DNA of 64,000 nucleotides from Malacoraja senta. Taxonomy: Eukaryota. The notes beneath the pieces were generated by a model. The model saw nothing but the letters and a program-made list of their open reading frames with translations. It searched no databases and was not told the origin of the DNA. Every line of letters begins with the position of its first letter. The first letter of the stretch is position 1. The translations under genes were made by a program, and so were the position numbers. The stretch spans positions 7,876,001 through 7,940,000 of the forward strand of contig CM075993.1 in the NCBI GenBank assembly GCA_038087875.1, written 5' to 3'. This document shows positions 11,431 to 24,239 of this stretch, in pieces.

Positions 11431-13567
11431 TTGTTTCAAGACCTGATGGATGTAGGAAAGTAGCTGTTCTTGAACCTGGTGGTGTGGGACTTCAGGCTTG
11501 TGTACCTCCTGCCAGATGGTGGCAGTGAGAAGCCCAGATGGTGGGGATCCTTGATGATAGATGAAGCCGCCTTAAGACATCATCTCAGTTCGATGGTGGA
11601 GTTAGGGGGGGCTGAGTAACCTGTAGGAAGGAACTGCAGATGCTGGTTTAAACCGAAGATAGACCCAAAAAGCTGGAGTAACTCAGTGGGACAGACAGCG
11701 TCTCTGGAGAAAAGGAATAGGTGACGTTTCGGGTTGAGACCCTTCTTCAGAAAGCTCGACCCGAAACGTCACCCATTCCTTCTATCTAGAGATGCTGCCT
11801 GTCCCGCTGAGCTACTCCGACATTTTGTGTCTGTCTTTGGGCCGAGCAAACACTCTCTACAGCCCCTCGCGTTCCTGTGCTTTGGAATTGCTTTGCCAAA
11901 CCACGATGCAGTCGGAATACTCTCTGCAGTGCACCTGTAGAGGTTTGTTTGTATAAAATCTGTGAGGTGGAAAGTATGGGACAAAGGGTTGAGATGTGAT
12001 TGAGAAATAGGGAGATAAAATTGTATTTGTGTAGTATTGATAGTCAAAGCACATGGCGTATTAGGTCAAGTTGTGTACGTGTGGGGTTGAATCCTTAACA
12101 AACTGCACTTTAACCACAGTTGTGGATTGTTTAGAAACTCGAGCAGGCATGTAGTACAACATATTGATCGCTGAGACAATGGTATTGATTGATGTAATAC
12201 ATTCTTGTGTGAAGCACAGGGAACAGCCCATTCTGGCTGTTGCTAGATCCATCCTGTTCAGCTGGATCCTCCTCCCATCTGCTCCCCCATCTCGCCACAA
12301 TGACCTGTGGAGCCAAGTCCATGGATATTTTTCAGGTGGGGGAGATCGACAGATTCTTAATTAGTAAGGCTGTCAGGGGTTATGGGGAGAAGGCAGGAGA
12401 ATGGGGTTGAGAGGGAAGGATAGATTAGGCATGATTGAATGACGGAGTGGAATTGACGGGCCGAATGGCCTAATTCTGCTCCTAGAACCTCCCCTTGCAT
12501 GTACTTCATTACTCCTTCAATGTATCAGTGAACGTGACCAAGGGATATGGTGAGAAAACAGGAACAACACTGGTTTAGGATGATCTACTGTCATGGTATT
12601 GAATGATTTTCTCACTCATAGTAAAGGGGCTGCTGTATTGTTCCAGCTTCTACCCTGCACTGGCTCTGCAGCCAGGTATCGCAGCCCGAGAGCTGGGAAG
12701 TGTTAAGCAGTTCAGGCTGCTTGACTAATTCGTTCCTTCTGCTGCTCGAGGGATTGAGCAAGGTGGGTGGGAACACCCCTCGAACAAGGGCAGGGGTATC
12801 ACCTAGGGGGCCGCAAGGTGGCAATGTTGTAATGTTTGCTTTGGTTTAGAGATACAGCATGGAAACAGGCCCTTCGACCCACTGAGTCCACGCCGACCAT
12901 CGATCACCTAGTCACACTAGTTATATGTTACTTTAGTCTCATTGATTTCCTTACACACCAGTGGAAATTTACAGAGACAATTAGCCTACAAACCCGCACG
13001 TCTTTGGGATGCGGGAGGAAACCGAAGCACCCGGAGGAAACCCACACGGTCACAGGAGAACGTGCAAACTCCGCACAGACAGTATCCGAGGTCAGGATTT
13101 TAACCTGGGTCACTGGCACAGAGAGGCAGTGGGTCTACCAGCTGCAACACTGTCGCTCTTAAGCACAATCCTTTGCCACGAGCAGGGGAATCGAGAACCG
13201 AAGGACATAGGTTTAAGGTGAGGGGGGGAAATGATTAAATTGGAACCTGAGGGGTAACTTTTTCACACAAAGGGTGGTGGGTGTATGGAACAAGCTGCTG
13301 AAGGAGGTAGTTGAGGCAGGTACTTTGGAACATTTCAGAAACATTTAGACACGTACATGGATGGGATAAGAGTGATATGGGACAAACGCAGGCAGGTGGG
13401 ACTAGTGTAGATGGGGCATGTTGGTCGGCGTGGGCAAGTTGAGCCGAAGGGCCAGATTCCACACTGTATCGCTCTGACTTCCTGGCATCGGGAATCTCTG
13501 ATTGCTGTTTGACTTTTTTACAGATAACCGTTATAAAAGCTGAATGTTTCTTGTTGGGCTCTTTCAG

Positions 13568-13672
13568 AGTACGAACGGGCTGTCGGATGTGGACCTGAGG
13601 ATAGCACTGCCCGACAGGAACATAATCACCGTCACCGTGAAAAAAAACAGCACTGCAGACGAAGTGTACAGG
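13568..13672 (+). CDS. SNX27: SNX27-like exon (FERM F1/RA): [35 protein letters not shown]
   Basis: tttcag| ... |gtgagt, 105 nt, phase 0/0; lies within ORF 13544..13912. Confidence 0.93.
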
Positions 13673-14706
13673 GTGAGTTCGGTGTTCTCGCCACTGGCAA
13701 TGATCACAAAGAGGCGTCCGCCGGTAACACATCTCCTGGCATCACACTGCCGGTGGATAAACCCACCTCAGCAAGTCACCAACCTAGTTTACTCTGCTGT
13801 GCGGATAACTTGCGCATCCTTAAGCATCCTTATGCGGTGTGGCGAATGTAGAAACCTGGAACTGCAGATGCTGGTTTACAACAACAAAAAAAGACACAAG
13901 GTGCTGGAGTAACTCAACAGGTTAGGCAGTATGTCGGGTCCTGATTGAAACGTCACCGGTCCACGTTCTGGAGTTGCTGCCTGACCCTCTGAGTTACTCC
14001 AGCACCCCATGCTTTATTTCCCAGTGTGGAGAAATTGTATGTGGCGACAATGTCGATTAAACTTGTTGGCTCTCAGCCCTGGGTGGAGATGGGCTGATTT
14101 ATTAATCTTCTTTTACTTGAAGACCGAATTGCTTCATAGTTTCCTATATTTGCAATTGAAATGTTGGCACATCGGGTGTCCTCTGTTGTCCGTCTCTACA
14201 GAGACTGACGGACCCAATGGAGCGAGGGGTTTTGTTGCAGTGTGTGCGGCTAGTCTGTGCCAAGGGGATATATAAATGTAGACTGCTTCCATCCTGACCT
14301 GCTCTCCCTGCGTAAACAAAACCTGCCTGAAACAAGGTCATTTAGCACATGCAGAGAGAATGGCTGAGTGAATGTTTCGGGTGGAGCGTTAATGACACGG
14401 ACTTTGTTATTAGTTATGGAATGGGAGAGAAAGGCAGAATTTCTGATCCAAGTGTAAGGGGAGGCCATGAAAGACTGGCCAGTGGGTGAGCATTGTTCCT
14501 TCAAGAGAATGATTCTGTACCTCGCCTGTGACTTTGTGCTGTAGGGACTTTGTGTTGTGGGTGCAAGAGCAAGTCTGGTCCCATCACTGTGCAGGGTGCC
14601 CCAGTGGGACTGAGCCTACTGTGTGTGTGTGTGCGTGGAGAGGGGAGGTCCCTGCAATGTGCCCTGGTGCCTGACCCTTGCTTCATTCTCTCTCCGCTCC
14701 CTGCAG

Positions 14707-14785
14707 GCAGTACAGGAACACCTACGAATGGACAGCATCACGGCCAGCTTTTTCACACTGTTTGAAGTGGTGGACCACTTCTTCG
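14707..14785 (+). CDS. SNX27: SNX27-like exon: AVQEHLRMDSITASFFTLFEVVDHFF(E)
   Basis: ccctgcag| ... |gtaagg, 79 nt; phase joins the next exon (g+ag = E). Confidence 0.9.
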
Positions 14786-15823
14786 GTAAGGGCGACAAGA
14801 TGAATTCTCTAAGTTATTGAGAAATAATGGTGCTCGTGGTGCCGGAAGGTTAATTTACAAACAAAACAAAAAATCCCATCGGTGGAAATATTACAGAAAA
14901 GAGCGACTAGTCTTTCATTTGGATGCCAGAGTTCGCCAGGTGACATCTGAGCCATTTTCCACCGGGCTGAGCTTAATTGAATTGAATTGAATACTTCATT
15001 GTTACATGTGACAAATCACAGTGAAATTCTTTGTTTGCGTACCCAAGGTATGCAAATAGTCGCCCATAAAGGGTGGTTACAAAGTCACAAAGTGTCCCCC
15101 TTTATTCCCCCCCCCCCTCCTCACGACGGCCCCCCCATGCTGGGTCCTCCTTTTATTCCTTCCCCCGGCAGCGGCGTCCTCACTTCCTGTGACAGGATAT
15201 CTTGAATTTATCCCAATCGATCTTTTGAAGAAAAGTCCCTGAGCTGAAACTTTGACTAGTTTCTCTGTCCACAGATGCTGCTGGACTGGCTGAGTTCTTC
15301 CAGCATTATTTCTGGTTTTGTGCCAGATTCCACGATATTTGTCCTCCACTGCGTTGCCTTGTGGTCTCTCACCTGGAAGAAGACGGGGACTTTGGTGTCC
15401 CAGGGTCAGAGCGCACTGCGTAAACATCCAGTGGTTAGCGTAGAACGTGTAGGGTCCAGAGGACCAGACGAAGATGGATGTAATGGCCGCTTTCGTTCTG
15501 CTCATTGAATGGCAATCTGATCTCTTAATGTTTGGCTGTTTGGCTGAATAGCAAATCGCACTTGGAAAACAACCAAATGCTGGAATCTGAAACCAAACTG
15601 CTGGAAGAAGTCGACCAGGCAGCATCTGTCTGAGACCCTTCCTCTGAACTGGGAGAGGGGTGAAGGGATTGCAGATACAATGTGCAGCAGGGGCGGTGGG
15701 GAGAGCGAGGTGTAAGACAACATAAACAGAGATGGAGATTAAAAGACAGTTGAGGTGATCAGGAGCAAGAATGCTGGTCATCGGGAGAAAAAAGGCAAGA
15801 AAGGACTGTAGAAATAAAGAACT

Positions 15824-16133
15824 GCATGGTGGCGCAGCGGTAGAGTTGCTGCCTTGCAGCGCCAGAGACGCGGGATCAACCCCAACTCCGGGTGCTGTCT
15901 GTACGGAGTTTTACGCTCTCCCTGTGACCTGCGCTGGTTTTCTCCGGGTCCTCCAGATTCCTCCCACACTCCAAAGACGTACAGGTTTGTCGGTTAATTG
16001 GCTTGGGTTTGTACACTCGGTATAAGTGTAAATTGCCCCCTAGTGTGTGCAGGATAGTGTTAATGTGCAGGGATCGCTGGGCGGTGCGGACTCGGTGGGC
16101 CGACAGGCCTGTATCTCTAACCTAAACTAAACT
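15824..16133 (+). mobile_element. Full-length HE1-type V-SINE (further plus copies at about 10345-10620, 27330-27615, 31045-31330, 48875-49348, 59638-59935)
   Basis: A-box tggcgcagcgg, B-box-like segment, V-domain, CR1 tail. Confidence 0.87.
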
Positions 16134-16289
16134 ACAGATGCTGGTAAATACAATACAGGACACAAAGTGCTGGAGTAATTCAGCAGGTCAGGCAGCATCC
16201 CCGGATAACATGGATAGGTGAAGGGTCGACCTGAAATGTTGCATATCCGTGTTCTCTTTAACTGCTGCCCAACACAAACTGCTGACTTA

Positions 16290-16595
16290 AAGCCCTGTCC
16301 CACGGTACGAGTTCATTCCAAGAGCTCTCCCGAGTTAAAATCAAATCAAACTCGTGGTAAGCACGGAGAATGAACGTAGCGGGTACGTCGGAGTTCGGGG
16401 ACGTCTCTTAGCGCTAACGGCAGGAACTCGGGAAGACTCGCTAACGGCAGGTAAGCTCGGGAAGACTCGTGAAGATTTTTCAACATGATGAAAAATGTCC
16501 ACGAGTACCGACGAGTGGCCATTACCGTAAATCTCCGAGTTCGAATCAGGACAAACTCGGGAGAGCTCTTGGAATGAACTCGTACCGTGGGACAG
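16290..16595. mobile_element. PIF/Harbinger-type MITE (right terminus clipped)
   Basis: Long TIR ctgtcccacggtacgagttcattccaagagctctcccgagtt; same family as 38670-38988 in opposite orientation. Confidence 0.85.
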
Positions 16596-17041
16596 AAACA
16601 ATAGGAGCCACTTACCTGAAGTTGTAAAATTCAACGTTAACACGGTGGACAGACGATCAGATATTTGTTCCCCTCGCCTACTTTCTGTCTCAATATTTGT
16701 ATCTTTAATGATCTTAATCTTATCTCTTTTTGTTCTTTGGCGGAGGAAGAGTTGGGAGGTGGTTGTGACGTTTCTACTCTGGTTTGTGAGGCGGGTTTGA
16801 TGAAGTGGTCGCCCTCTCCCTGCACGTCACCGTTGTATGTCTCTATTCATGAAATCCAACAGCAGCTCTTAAGATAGAACATCTCCTTGGGTTATTTTAA
16901 GAAAGACGTGGGTGATTTCTGTCTTGACAATGAGTTCATTCATCTCCCGCTGTATCGCCTGAATAATAATTTACATTCATGTTCTCACTGAAGTAATATC
17001 CTTTACAGAACCAGGCTGATTCACAAATTACGTTCCTTTCG

Positions 17042-17806
17042 ACCCTGTCCCACTTGCGCGACCGTTACAGGCGACTGCTGGCACCCGTGATAGGCCGCCG
17101 AAATTTTCAACACGTTGAAAATTCAGCGACGACCAGAAAGACGCTACTAGACGTTAAGAATAAGGAGTAAGCCATTTAGAACGGAGACGAGGAAACACTT
17201 TTTCTCACAGAGAGTGGTGAGTCTGTGGAATTCTCTGCCTCAGGTGGAGGCCGGTTCTCTGGATGCTTTCAAGAGAAAGCTAGATAGGGCTCTTAAGAAT
17301 AGCGGAGTCAGGGGATATGGGGAGAAAGCAGGAACGGGGTACTGATTGGGGATGATCAGCCATGAATGGCGGTGCTGGCTCGAAGGGCCGAATGGCCTAC
17401 TCCTGCACCTATTGTCTATGGCCTGTTTCCGTGCTGTAATGGCCTGTTTCCGTGCTGTAATGGTTATATGGTTATATTGCAGGTAGATGGGACTAGGGGG
17501 AAGTAAGAGGAAAGAAGGGAAGAGAAAAAAAGAAAAGGAAAAAAAAAAAAAATAGTGTTCGGAACGGACTTGAAGGGCCGAGATGGCCTGTTGCCGTGCT
17601 GTTATGGTTATATGGTTATTATATGGTCTATTGACTCTTTGGAGACCTCTCACAACCATAGGAGACCTCTCACGACCATGGTCGTGAGAGGTCTCCTATG
17701 GTCGTGAGAGTTCTCCAAAGAGTCGTAGTGTCTTTCTGGTCGCCGCTGAATTTTCAACGTGTTGCCGGCAGTCGCCTGTAAAGGTCGCGGAAGTGGGACA
17801 GGCCCT
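17042..17806. mobile_element. PIF/Harbinger-type palindromic MITE containing CR1 3' fragments (about 17152-17633)
   Basis: Termini cctgtcccactt ... aagtgggacaggccct; internal arms are reverse complements. Confidence 0.8.
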
Positions 17807-18215
17807 TTATTCCTCTGATCTTGTTCAGGCTTGTTCAAAGTTAATTTCGGATCAAGGGTGGCAGTATCGGGAGAGCTGACCAAAACCAAGTGAGAGACGC
17901 CGGTTTTATGGGTTAACAGGGAAAGACGGAGAGGTAAGGATGAGTTTCACGAGGTTATATTCCCAGAGGCTGGTGATCAGGCAGCTGTCAGTCAGCAGGG
18001 TATTGATGGGCTGAGTGAAACTGGAGATGCATTGGAATTCTCAGAGGGCTTCTCCAGCTGGAGGATGTGACAGATAGTGAAGGATGAGCCCGCAGGGAAT
18101 GAAGCCAAGGAGCACAGGGTCACGTTTGGTCAACCGTGGCACCCGCTCCTCTCCCTGCACTCCGCAGTCGTTATAACCTCAGCGGAATCTTTTTTTAGCT
18201 TGAGATGTCTTGTTA

Positions 18216-18513
18216 AGGGCCTGTCCCACGATGCGAGTTCACCAAGAGCTCTCCCGAGTTTAAAAAAAAAAAAAAAAACTCGTGGTACCTCATCACGAGT
18301 ATTTTTTTACTCCTGGAAATTTTTCACACTGTTGAAAAAACTTCACGAGTTTCCGCGTTTCCCGAGTACCTGCCGTTAGCGTTACGAGCCGCTACGAGAC
18401 ATCGCGAGCTCCGACGTACCCGCTACGTACATTCTATGTACTTACCACGAGTTTTATTTTTTTTTTAACTCGGGAGAGCTCTTGGGTGAACTCGCATCGT
18501 GGGACAGGGCCCT
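18216..18513. mobile_element. PIF/Harbinger-type MITE
   Basis: TIR agggcctgtcccacgatgcgagttcacc; TTA TSD. Confidence 0.87.
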
Positions 18514-18911
18514 TTACACTTTAGCCTTTTAGACTTTAGAGATACAGCGCGGAAACATGCCTTTTGGCCCACCCCATCCGCGCTGACCAGCGATCACCCC
18601 CGTACACTTAACATTATCCTACACACACTAAGGACAATTTACAGTTTTACTGAAGCCAATTAACCTACAAACCTGAACATCTTGGGAATGTGGGTGGAAA
18701 CCGGAGAAAACCCGCGCGGGTCACGGAGAGAACGTACAAACTCGGTACAGACAGCACCCGCAGTTAGGATCGAACCCGGGTCTCCGCCGCTGTAAAGGCA
18801 GCAACTCTACCGCTGCGCCACACTTGTTTTTCCAGCCTTTCTCTGCTTCAGATTTATTTGTACCATGTGAAGCATTGTTTGCACATTAATGCCTGGTTTG
18901 TGCATTTGCAG

Positions 18912-19075
18912 AGAGGAAGCTGGTCCCCAACGAGTTTCCGCACAAACTGTACGTACAGAACTACACGTCGGCAGCAGCCGGCACCTGCCTGGTCATCAGG
19001 AAGTGGCTCTTCACCATGGCTCAGGAGGAGCTCCTGAATGACAACGATCTCGCTGTAACCTACTTCTTCCATCAG
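18912..19075 (+). CDS. SNX27: SNX27-like exon: [54 protein letters not shown]
   Basis: tttgcag| ... |gtactc, 164 nt; diagnostic SNX27 FERM peptide, translated by hand. Confidence 0.95.
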
Positions 19076-20749
19076 GTACTCCCATGGTGGCCGCTCGCTT
19101 AGTTTTATACACGGAGAAATAAGGATCTGCAGATGACACAAAGATACAAAGTGCTGGAGTAACTCAGCGGGTCAGGCAGCATCTCCTCCCCCCCCCACCC
19201 ACATTTTCTCTATTTCCCCATCTCTTCCCTGTGCCCCACCTGCACCCATTTCACCCCTTCAACATATTCTTTCCTCTGGCTTCACAATTCACATCTCGTC
19301 TGTCCCTCTCACACATTTTTCCTTTCATCTTTGGCCTTCGACGATCCATCAAAACCCTCCCATCACTTGTATCTGCCTGTCAAAAAAAACACCTCACGTC
19401 TCTGCCTATCACTCGCCAGGCTTCGTCCCCTCCCTCCTCTCTTCCCGCTTTCTTCACCGTCCACCCCACCAGTCTGAAGGAGGGTCCCGACCCAAAACAC
19501 CACCTATCCATTTCCTCCAGAGATACTGCCTGACCTACTGAGTTCCTCCAGCACTTGTCTTCATCCGCAGTTCCTTGTTTCTCCCACTTGTTATTCCTGT
19601 TGGGACAGTCTACCACCGTATCTGTCACATTTGTCCCCTCGTACTCAGCGACGCACTTTATACCGTAGACTTGAAGAGACTCGTTAGCCCAAATCTGTCG
19701 CCGGTGCCTCTGTGTTAGAGGTCTGTCTGTGTACTCAGGGTGAACATGTGTATATTCTGCATCAATGCCCTGCACGTTGCACGGTAGCGATCTGTTAACT
19801 GGGGCGTGCTGGTCGAAGCAACATCTTATTTATCACTGTAACTCGGTGTCAGCCATAGGAAACACTGACAGCGCACAGGTCAGTCAGCATGTGAGACGGG
19901 GCAAGATTAATGATGCTCTTCAAAGCACTGCACACCCAGCCCTGTCACCATGACCTTTGTGAAGACTGTGCTATCCAAACCTTTTACAACAAGCCCAACC
20001 CAGCTGCCTTTAATCCTGAAGTGTGCGATTAGTAAAAAGCCGTTCAGTTATCAAGTGGTTGCGCAGGAAGGAACAGCAGGTGCTGGTTGAAACGGAAGGT
20101 AGACACAAAATGCTGGCGTAACTCAGCGGTTCAGGCAGCATCTCTGGAGAAAAGGAGTAGGTGACGTTTTGGGTCGAGACCCTGGATGTCACCTATCCCT
20201 TTTCTCCAGAGATGCCGCCTATCCCGCTGAGTTCCTCCTGCTTTCTGTGACTATCTCGAGAGAAGTGGCCGCATGACGTTGATCGCCTTGTAAATGTAAG
20301 AGGTACACTCCAAAAAGAACAGGGAACTCACAGTTGTTGCATTGAGAGGCGGCTGCGAGAAATGAGCTGTGGACTTCATTTGCTGCCTTTGCTGAAGGTG
20401 GTGGCTGGGGTGTGGGTTACTGCTGGATCACCCCTTCATAAGGTCATAAGTTATAGTAGCAGAATTAGGCCATTCAGCCCATCGAGTCAAGTCCACCATT
20501 CAATCATGGCTGTTCTATTTTTCCCTCTCAATCCCATTCCCCTGCCTTCTCTCCATAATCTTTTGACAGCCTTGCTAAACAATAATCTGTCTATCTCCGC
20601 TGTAAAAATATCTATTGGCTTGGCCTCCACAGCCACCTGTGACAGTGAATGCCACAGATTCACCCCCCTCTGCCCAGAGAGATTGCTCCTCGTCTCCTTT
20701 CTAAGGGTACATCCCCTTCACTCACTGGGCTGTGTCCTTCTCCTTCCAG

Positions 20750-20839
20750 GCTGTGGAGGATGTAAAGAAAGGCCGGATCCGAGTTGGCGACAAGTCGTAC
20801 CAGCTTCAGAAACTGTCCGAGCAGCACAAGAAAGTCATG
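20750..20839 (+). CDS. SNX27: SNX27-like exon: AVEDVKKGRIRVGDKSYQLQKLSEQHKKVM
   Basis: ccttccag| ... |gtaaga, 90 nt. Confidence 0.95.
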
Positions 20840-21367
20840 GTAAGACTCGCCAGAACCCTTTGTCAGAAACCGCTCTGGTCTTGCACCCTGCTGCCTGGCA
20901 GCCACGAGTGCAACTTGTTTGTGTGAAGGTGAGGTACTGCAGCTTCCAACCGGGGCAATGCTGCCCAGAGGGCTGGTGGTGAGGGGAGACAAAGGTGGTG
21001 GCATCTGGCCAAGGGGGAGAACGCTCACGGTCGCAGTGTCAGAAACACGGCAGTAACAAGATCCCAGCACGCCCGGTTAAAGGGGAAGGCGGGAAATCGA
21101 CCGAACATCTCCCCGTCACGGGGGCGGTGACGTTTGCACACACTCAGGCCACGACACACACTTCATCTCCGTCCATCTGCACTGCATTCCCCCCCCCCCC
21201 CAGCCTGAAACAGCTAAGAATAAAGAGGGAATAACCAGATTATACGGCTGTGTCAGCAACAGGTCTGGGCTACTATTTCAATATCACAGAGATGTTATCT
21301 GAGAGAAAAGAGCAGGAGATCTGTTGCAGCAGGGGGTGTTGGGGTGGGTGTTAACGTTGCTGGTTAT

Positions 21368-21712
21368 GTTGACACGCTAGAGGCAGGAAACATGTTCCCG
21401 ATGTTGGGGGGAGTCCAGAACCAGGGGCCACAGTTTAAGAATAAGGGGTAAGCCATTTAGAACGTAGACCAGGAAACACTTTTTCTCACAGAGAGTGGTG
21501 AGTCTGTGGAATTCTCTGCCTCAGAGGTGGAGGCAGGTTCTCTGGATGCTTTCAAGAGAGAATTAGATAGGGCTCTTAAAGATAGGGGAGTCAGGGGATA
21601 TGGGGAGAAGGCAGGAACGGGGTACTTATTGGGGATGATCAGCCATGATCACATTGAATGGTGGTGCTGGCTCGAAGGGCCGAATGGCCTACTCCTGCAC
21701 CTATTGTCTATT
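21368..21712 (+). mobile_element. CR1 LINE 3' fragment
   Basis: Same sequence as 1990-2325. Confidence 0.88.
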
Positions 21713-21876
21713 GACTCCAGTAAAGTATTCCGCGGGGACAGGGGAGAGTGTACCAGAGTGCTGGCCCAGCTTGGAGGAGCTTGGTGAAGTCCACTGTGAC
21801 TAACTCTTGGGTGAGGGGGGGGAGTGGTGAAGGAGGGTGGGTTGCTGACTGATGCCCAGTCTTCCCTTTACTGCAG

Positions 21877-22026
21877 TACCTAAACATGATTCGCACGTGT
21901 GAAGGCTACAACCAGATCGTCTTCCCGCACTGTCGCTGCGACTCTCGAAGGAAGGGGCACGTCATGGCCGCCATCAGCATTCAGCACTTTAAACTGCATG
22001 CTTGCACAGAGGATGGTCAGCTGGAG
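21877..22026 (+). CDS. SNX27: SNX27-like exon: [50 protein letters not shown]
   Basis: ctgcag| ... |gtaggt, 150 nt; conserved CDSRRKGH motif. Confidence 0.95.
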
Positions 22027-22132
22027 GTAGGTGCCATCAGCTCCCGTCCACTCAATGCAGCGCCCTGTGCTACAGAGTGAAATCTCCAAAGTGGTCTATG
22101 TCCCTGCGCCGACCCCACTCTCCACACCTCCC

Positions 22133-22327
22133 GCCCTTCCTGTCATGGCTGCCTCTCCCACCCTGACTGCCCTTCCCATCATGGCTGCCTCTCCCACCCT
22201 GCTGGCCATTCCAGTCATGGCAGCCTCTCCCGCCCTCTGGCCCTTCCCATCATGGCTGCCCTGGTGGCCCTTCCCATCATGGTCGTCCCTCCCGCCCTCT
22301 GGCCCTTCACATCATGGCCGCCCTTCC
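22133..22327. repeat. Minisatellite, about 6 imperfect copies of a ~35 bp unit
   Basis: Recurrent gcccttcccatcatggctgcctctcccaccct. Confidence 0.8.
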
Positions 22328-22825
22328 TGACCTGCTGGGCCATCACAATTCTTGCAGTCCAGTCAGGCAATGTCTTCAGATCGTTATCAACCAGAATATG
22401 ATTTGAGTCTTATTTACAATTGTAAACTGTCCAGTGTGGAGCAGACAACATTTGACATTCTAATGCGTACGTGAATTCCCATCTCCTGGTCACACCATCT
22501 CTCCTCTTGAAACTCCCTGTATCTTTTTACTAGACATTGCTTTATCTCATTAATGATTGGATAAGTGGATTATGCTTCAGTTTTGGTGTAGAATTCCATG
22601 TACTACCCACCTTTTGTGCAACGTTTATCCCCGTGTGTTTCCTTGAATTATTATTGCAATCGTGCCTTTTGCTGAATTGTTAACCATGTATTTAACACGA
22701 TTGGCCTTAGATTGACCCCCCTCTATCACCAGTGATCACACTGGTCCCAGCCCTATGTCTCTTACTCTCGTGTCAAACTTACAAGAGAGTTCCAGGCATG
22801 AGCAGACCACACCGGGGGAAGCTTC

Positions 22826-23880
22826 TTGAAGAAATGGCAGAGGAGTTGAATAACTTTTGCATCAGTCTTCACAGTAGAAGACACCAGCAACGTGCCTGAA
22901 ATTCAAGAGAGTCAGGGGGTGGAAGTTAGTGGTTAATACTAGAGAGAAGGTGCTTGGGAAGCTGAAAGGGTTGAAGGTGGATAAGTCACCTGGACCAGAT
23001 GGACTGCACCCTAGGGTTCTGCAGGAGGTGGCGTTAGAGATTGTGGAGGCATTGATAGTGGTATTTCAAGAATCACTAGTCAGGAGTGGTTCCAGACGAT
23101 TGGAAAATTGCCAATATTACTCCGCTGCACTAGAAGGGAGCAAAGCAGAATAGTGGGAACTATCGGCCGGTTAGTCTGACTTCAGTGGATGGTAAGATTT
23201 TAGAGTCCATCATAAATGATGAGGTTACGGAGTACTTAGAAGTTCACGATAAAATAGGCTGAAGTCAGCATGGGTTTGTGAAGGGGAGGTCTTGCCATAC
23301 AAATTTGCTGGAATTCTTTGAAGAAGTAAATAGCAGGACAGACAAAGGAGAGTCAGTAGATGTTGTATACCTAGATTTTCAGAAAGTCTTTGAGGTGCCA
23401 AATGGGTGGCTGCGGAGGAGGTTTACAAGAATGATCCCTGGAATGAGTGTCTTAACATATGATGAGCGTTTGACAGCAGAGCCTATATTCGCTGGAGTTT
23501 AGAAGAATGAGGGGGGGACTTCATTGAAGTACAGAATAGTGAATGGATTGGACAGAGTGGATGTGTGGAGAATGTTTCCACTAGTGGGAGAGTCTAGGAC
23601 TAGAGGTCATAGCCTCTCTTTTAGGTAGGAGATGAGGAGGAATTTCTTTAGTCAGAGGGTGGTGAATCTGTGGAATTCTTTGCCACAGAAGGCTGTGGAG
23701 GCCAAGTCAGTGGATATATTTAAGGCAGAGATAGATAGATTCTTGATTAGTACGGGTGTCAGAGGTGATGGGGAGAAGGCAGGGGAATGGGGTTGGGAGG
23801 GAGAGCTAGATCAGCCATGATTGAATGGCGGGGTAGACTTGATGGGCCGAATGGCCTAATTCTACTCCTATCACTTATGA
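22826..23880 (+). mobile_element. Degenerate, internally deleted CR1 LINE
   Basis: KSPGPDGLHPRVL, NLLEFFEEV, VYLDFQK joined directly to the C-terminal RRFTRMIPG; CR1 3' UTR. Confidence 0.88.
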
Positions 23881-23923
23881 TCTTACCGGGGCTTTTGCCT
23901 GTTGCAGCCAAAGTGCTGATGTT

Positions 23924-24086
23924 CTGTGGTAGACAAAAGTGCTGGAGAAACTCAGCGGGTGCAGCAGCATTCGTCGCGAAACGTTGCCTATTTCCTTCGC
24001 TCCATAGATGCTGCTGCACCCGCTGAGTTTCTCCAGCACTTTTGTCTACCTTCGATTTTCCAGCCTCTGCAGTTCCTTCTTAAACA
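23924..24086. mobile_element. Young PLE fold-back (ctatggagcgaaggaaatagg subfamily)
   Basis: Inverted arms; TSD tgctgatgtt at 23914-23923 and 24087-24096. Confidence 0.8.
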
Positions 24087-24110
24087 TGCTGATGTTGTGC
24101 GTTTTCTTAG

Positions 24111-24239
24111 AACCAGGTGATCATGTTTGAGTGGGCCGAGATGCACCAGTGGGACACGGACGAGGAGGGGATGGCCTTCTGCTTCGAGTACATCCGCGGT
24201 GAAAAGAAACCACGCTGGGTGAAAATCTTCACTCCATAC
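24111..24239 (+). CDS. SNX27: SNX27-like exon (FERM F3): [43 protein letters not shown]
   Basis: ttttcttag| ... |gtgagt, 129 nt. Confidence 0.95.

Noticed and set aside
15077..15781. 234-aa minus ORF, and other long ORFs such as 20362-20982 and 58975-59826
   Set aside because: Chance read-through across SINE, PLE and CR1 pieces or off-frame exons; no coherent domain
15824..15900. tRNA gene (A/B boxes)
   Set aside because: It continues into the V-domain and CR1 tail, so it is a SINE head; no proper cloverleaf
22133..22327. CRISPR-like array
   Set aside because: Tandem units without unique spacers, in a vertebrate intron, with no cas genes
23929..24086. Fold-back hairpins as miRNA precursors or MITEs
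   Set aside because: Multi-copy, with variable TSDs, asymmetric tails and linkage to PLE ORF remnants
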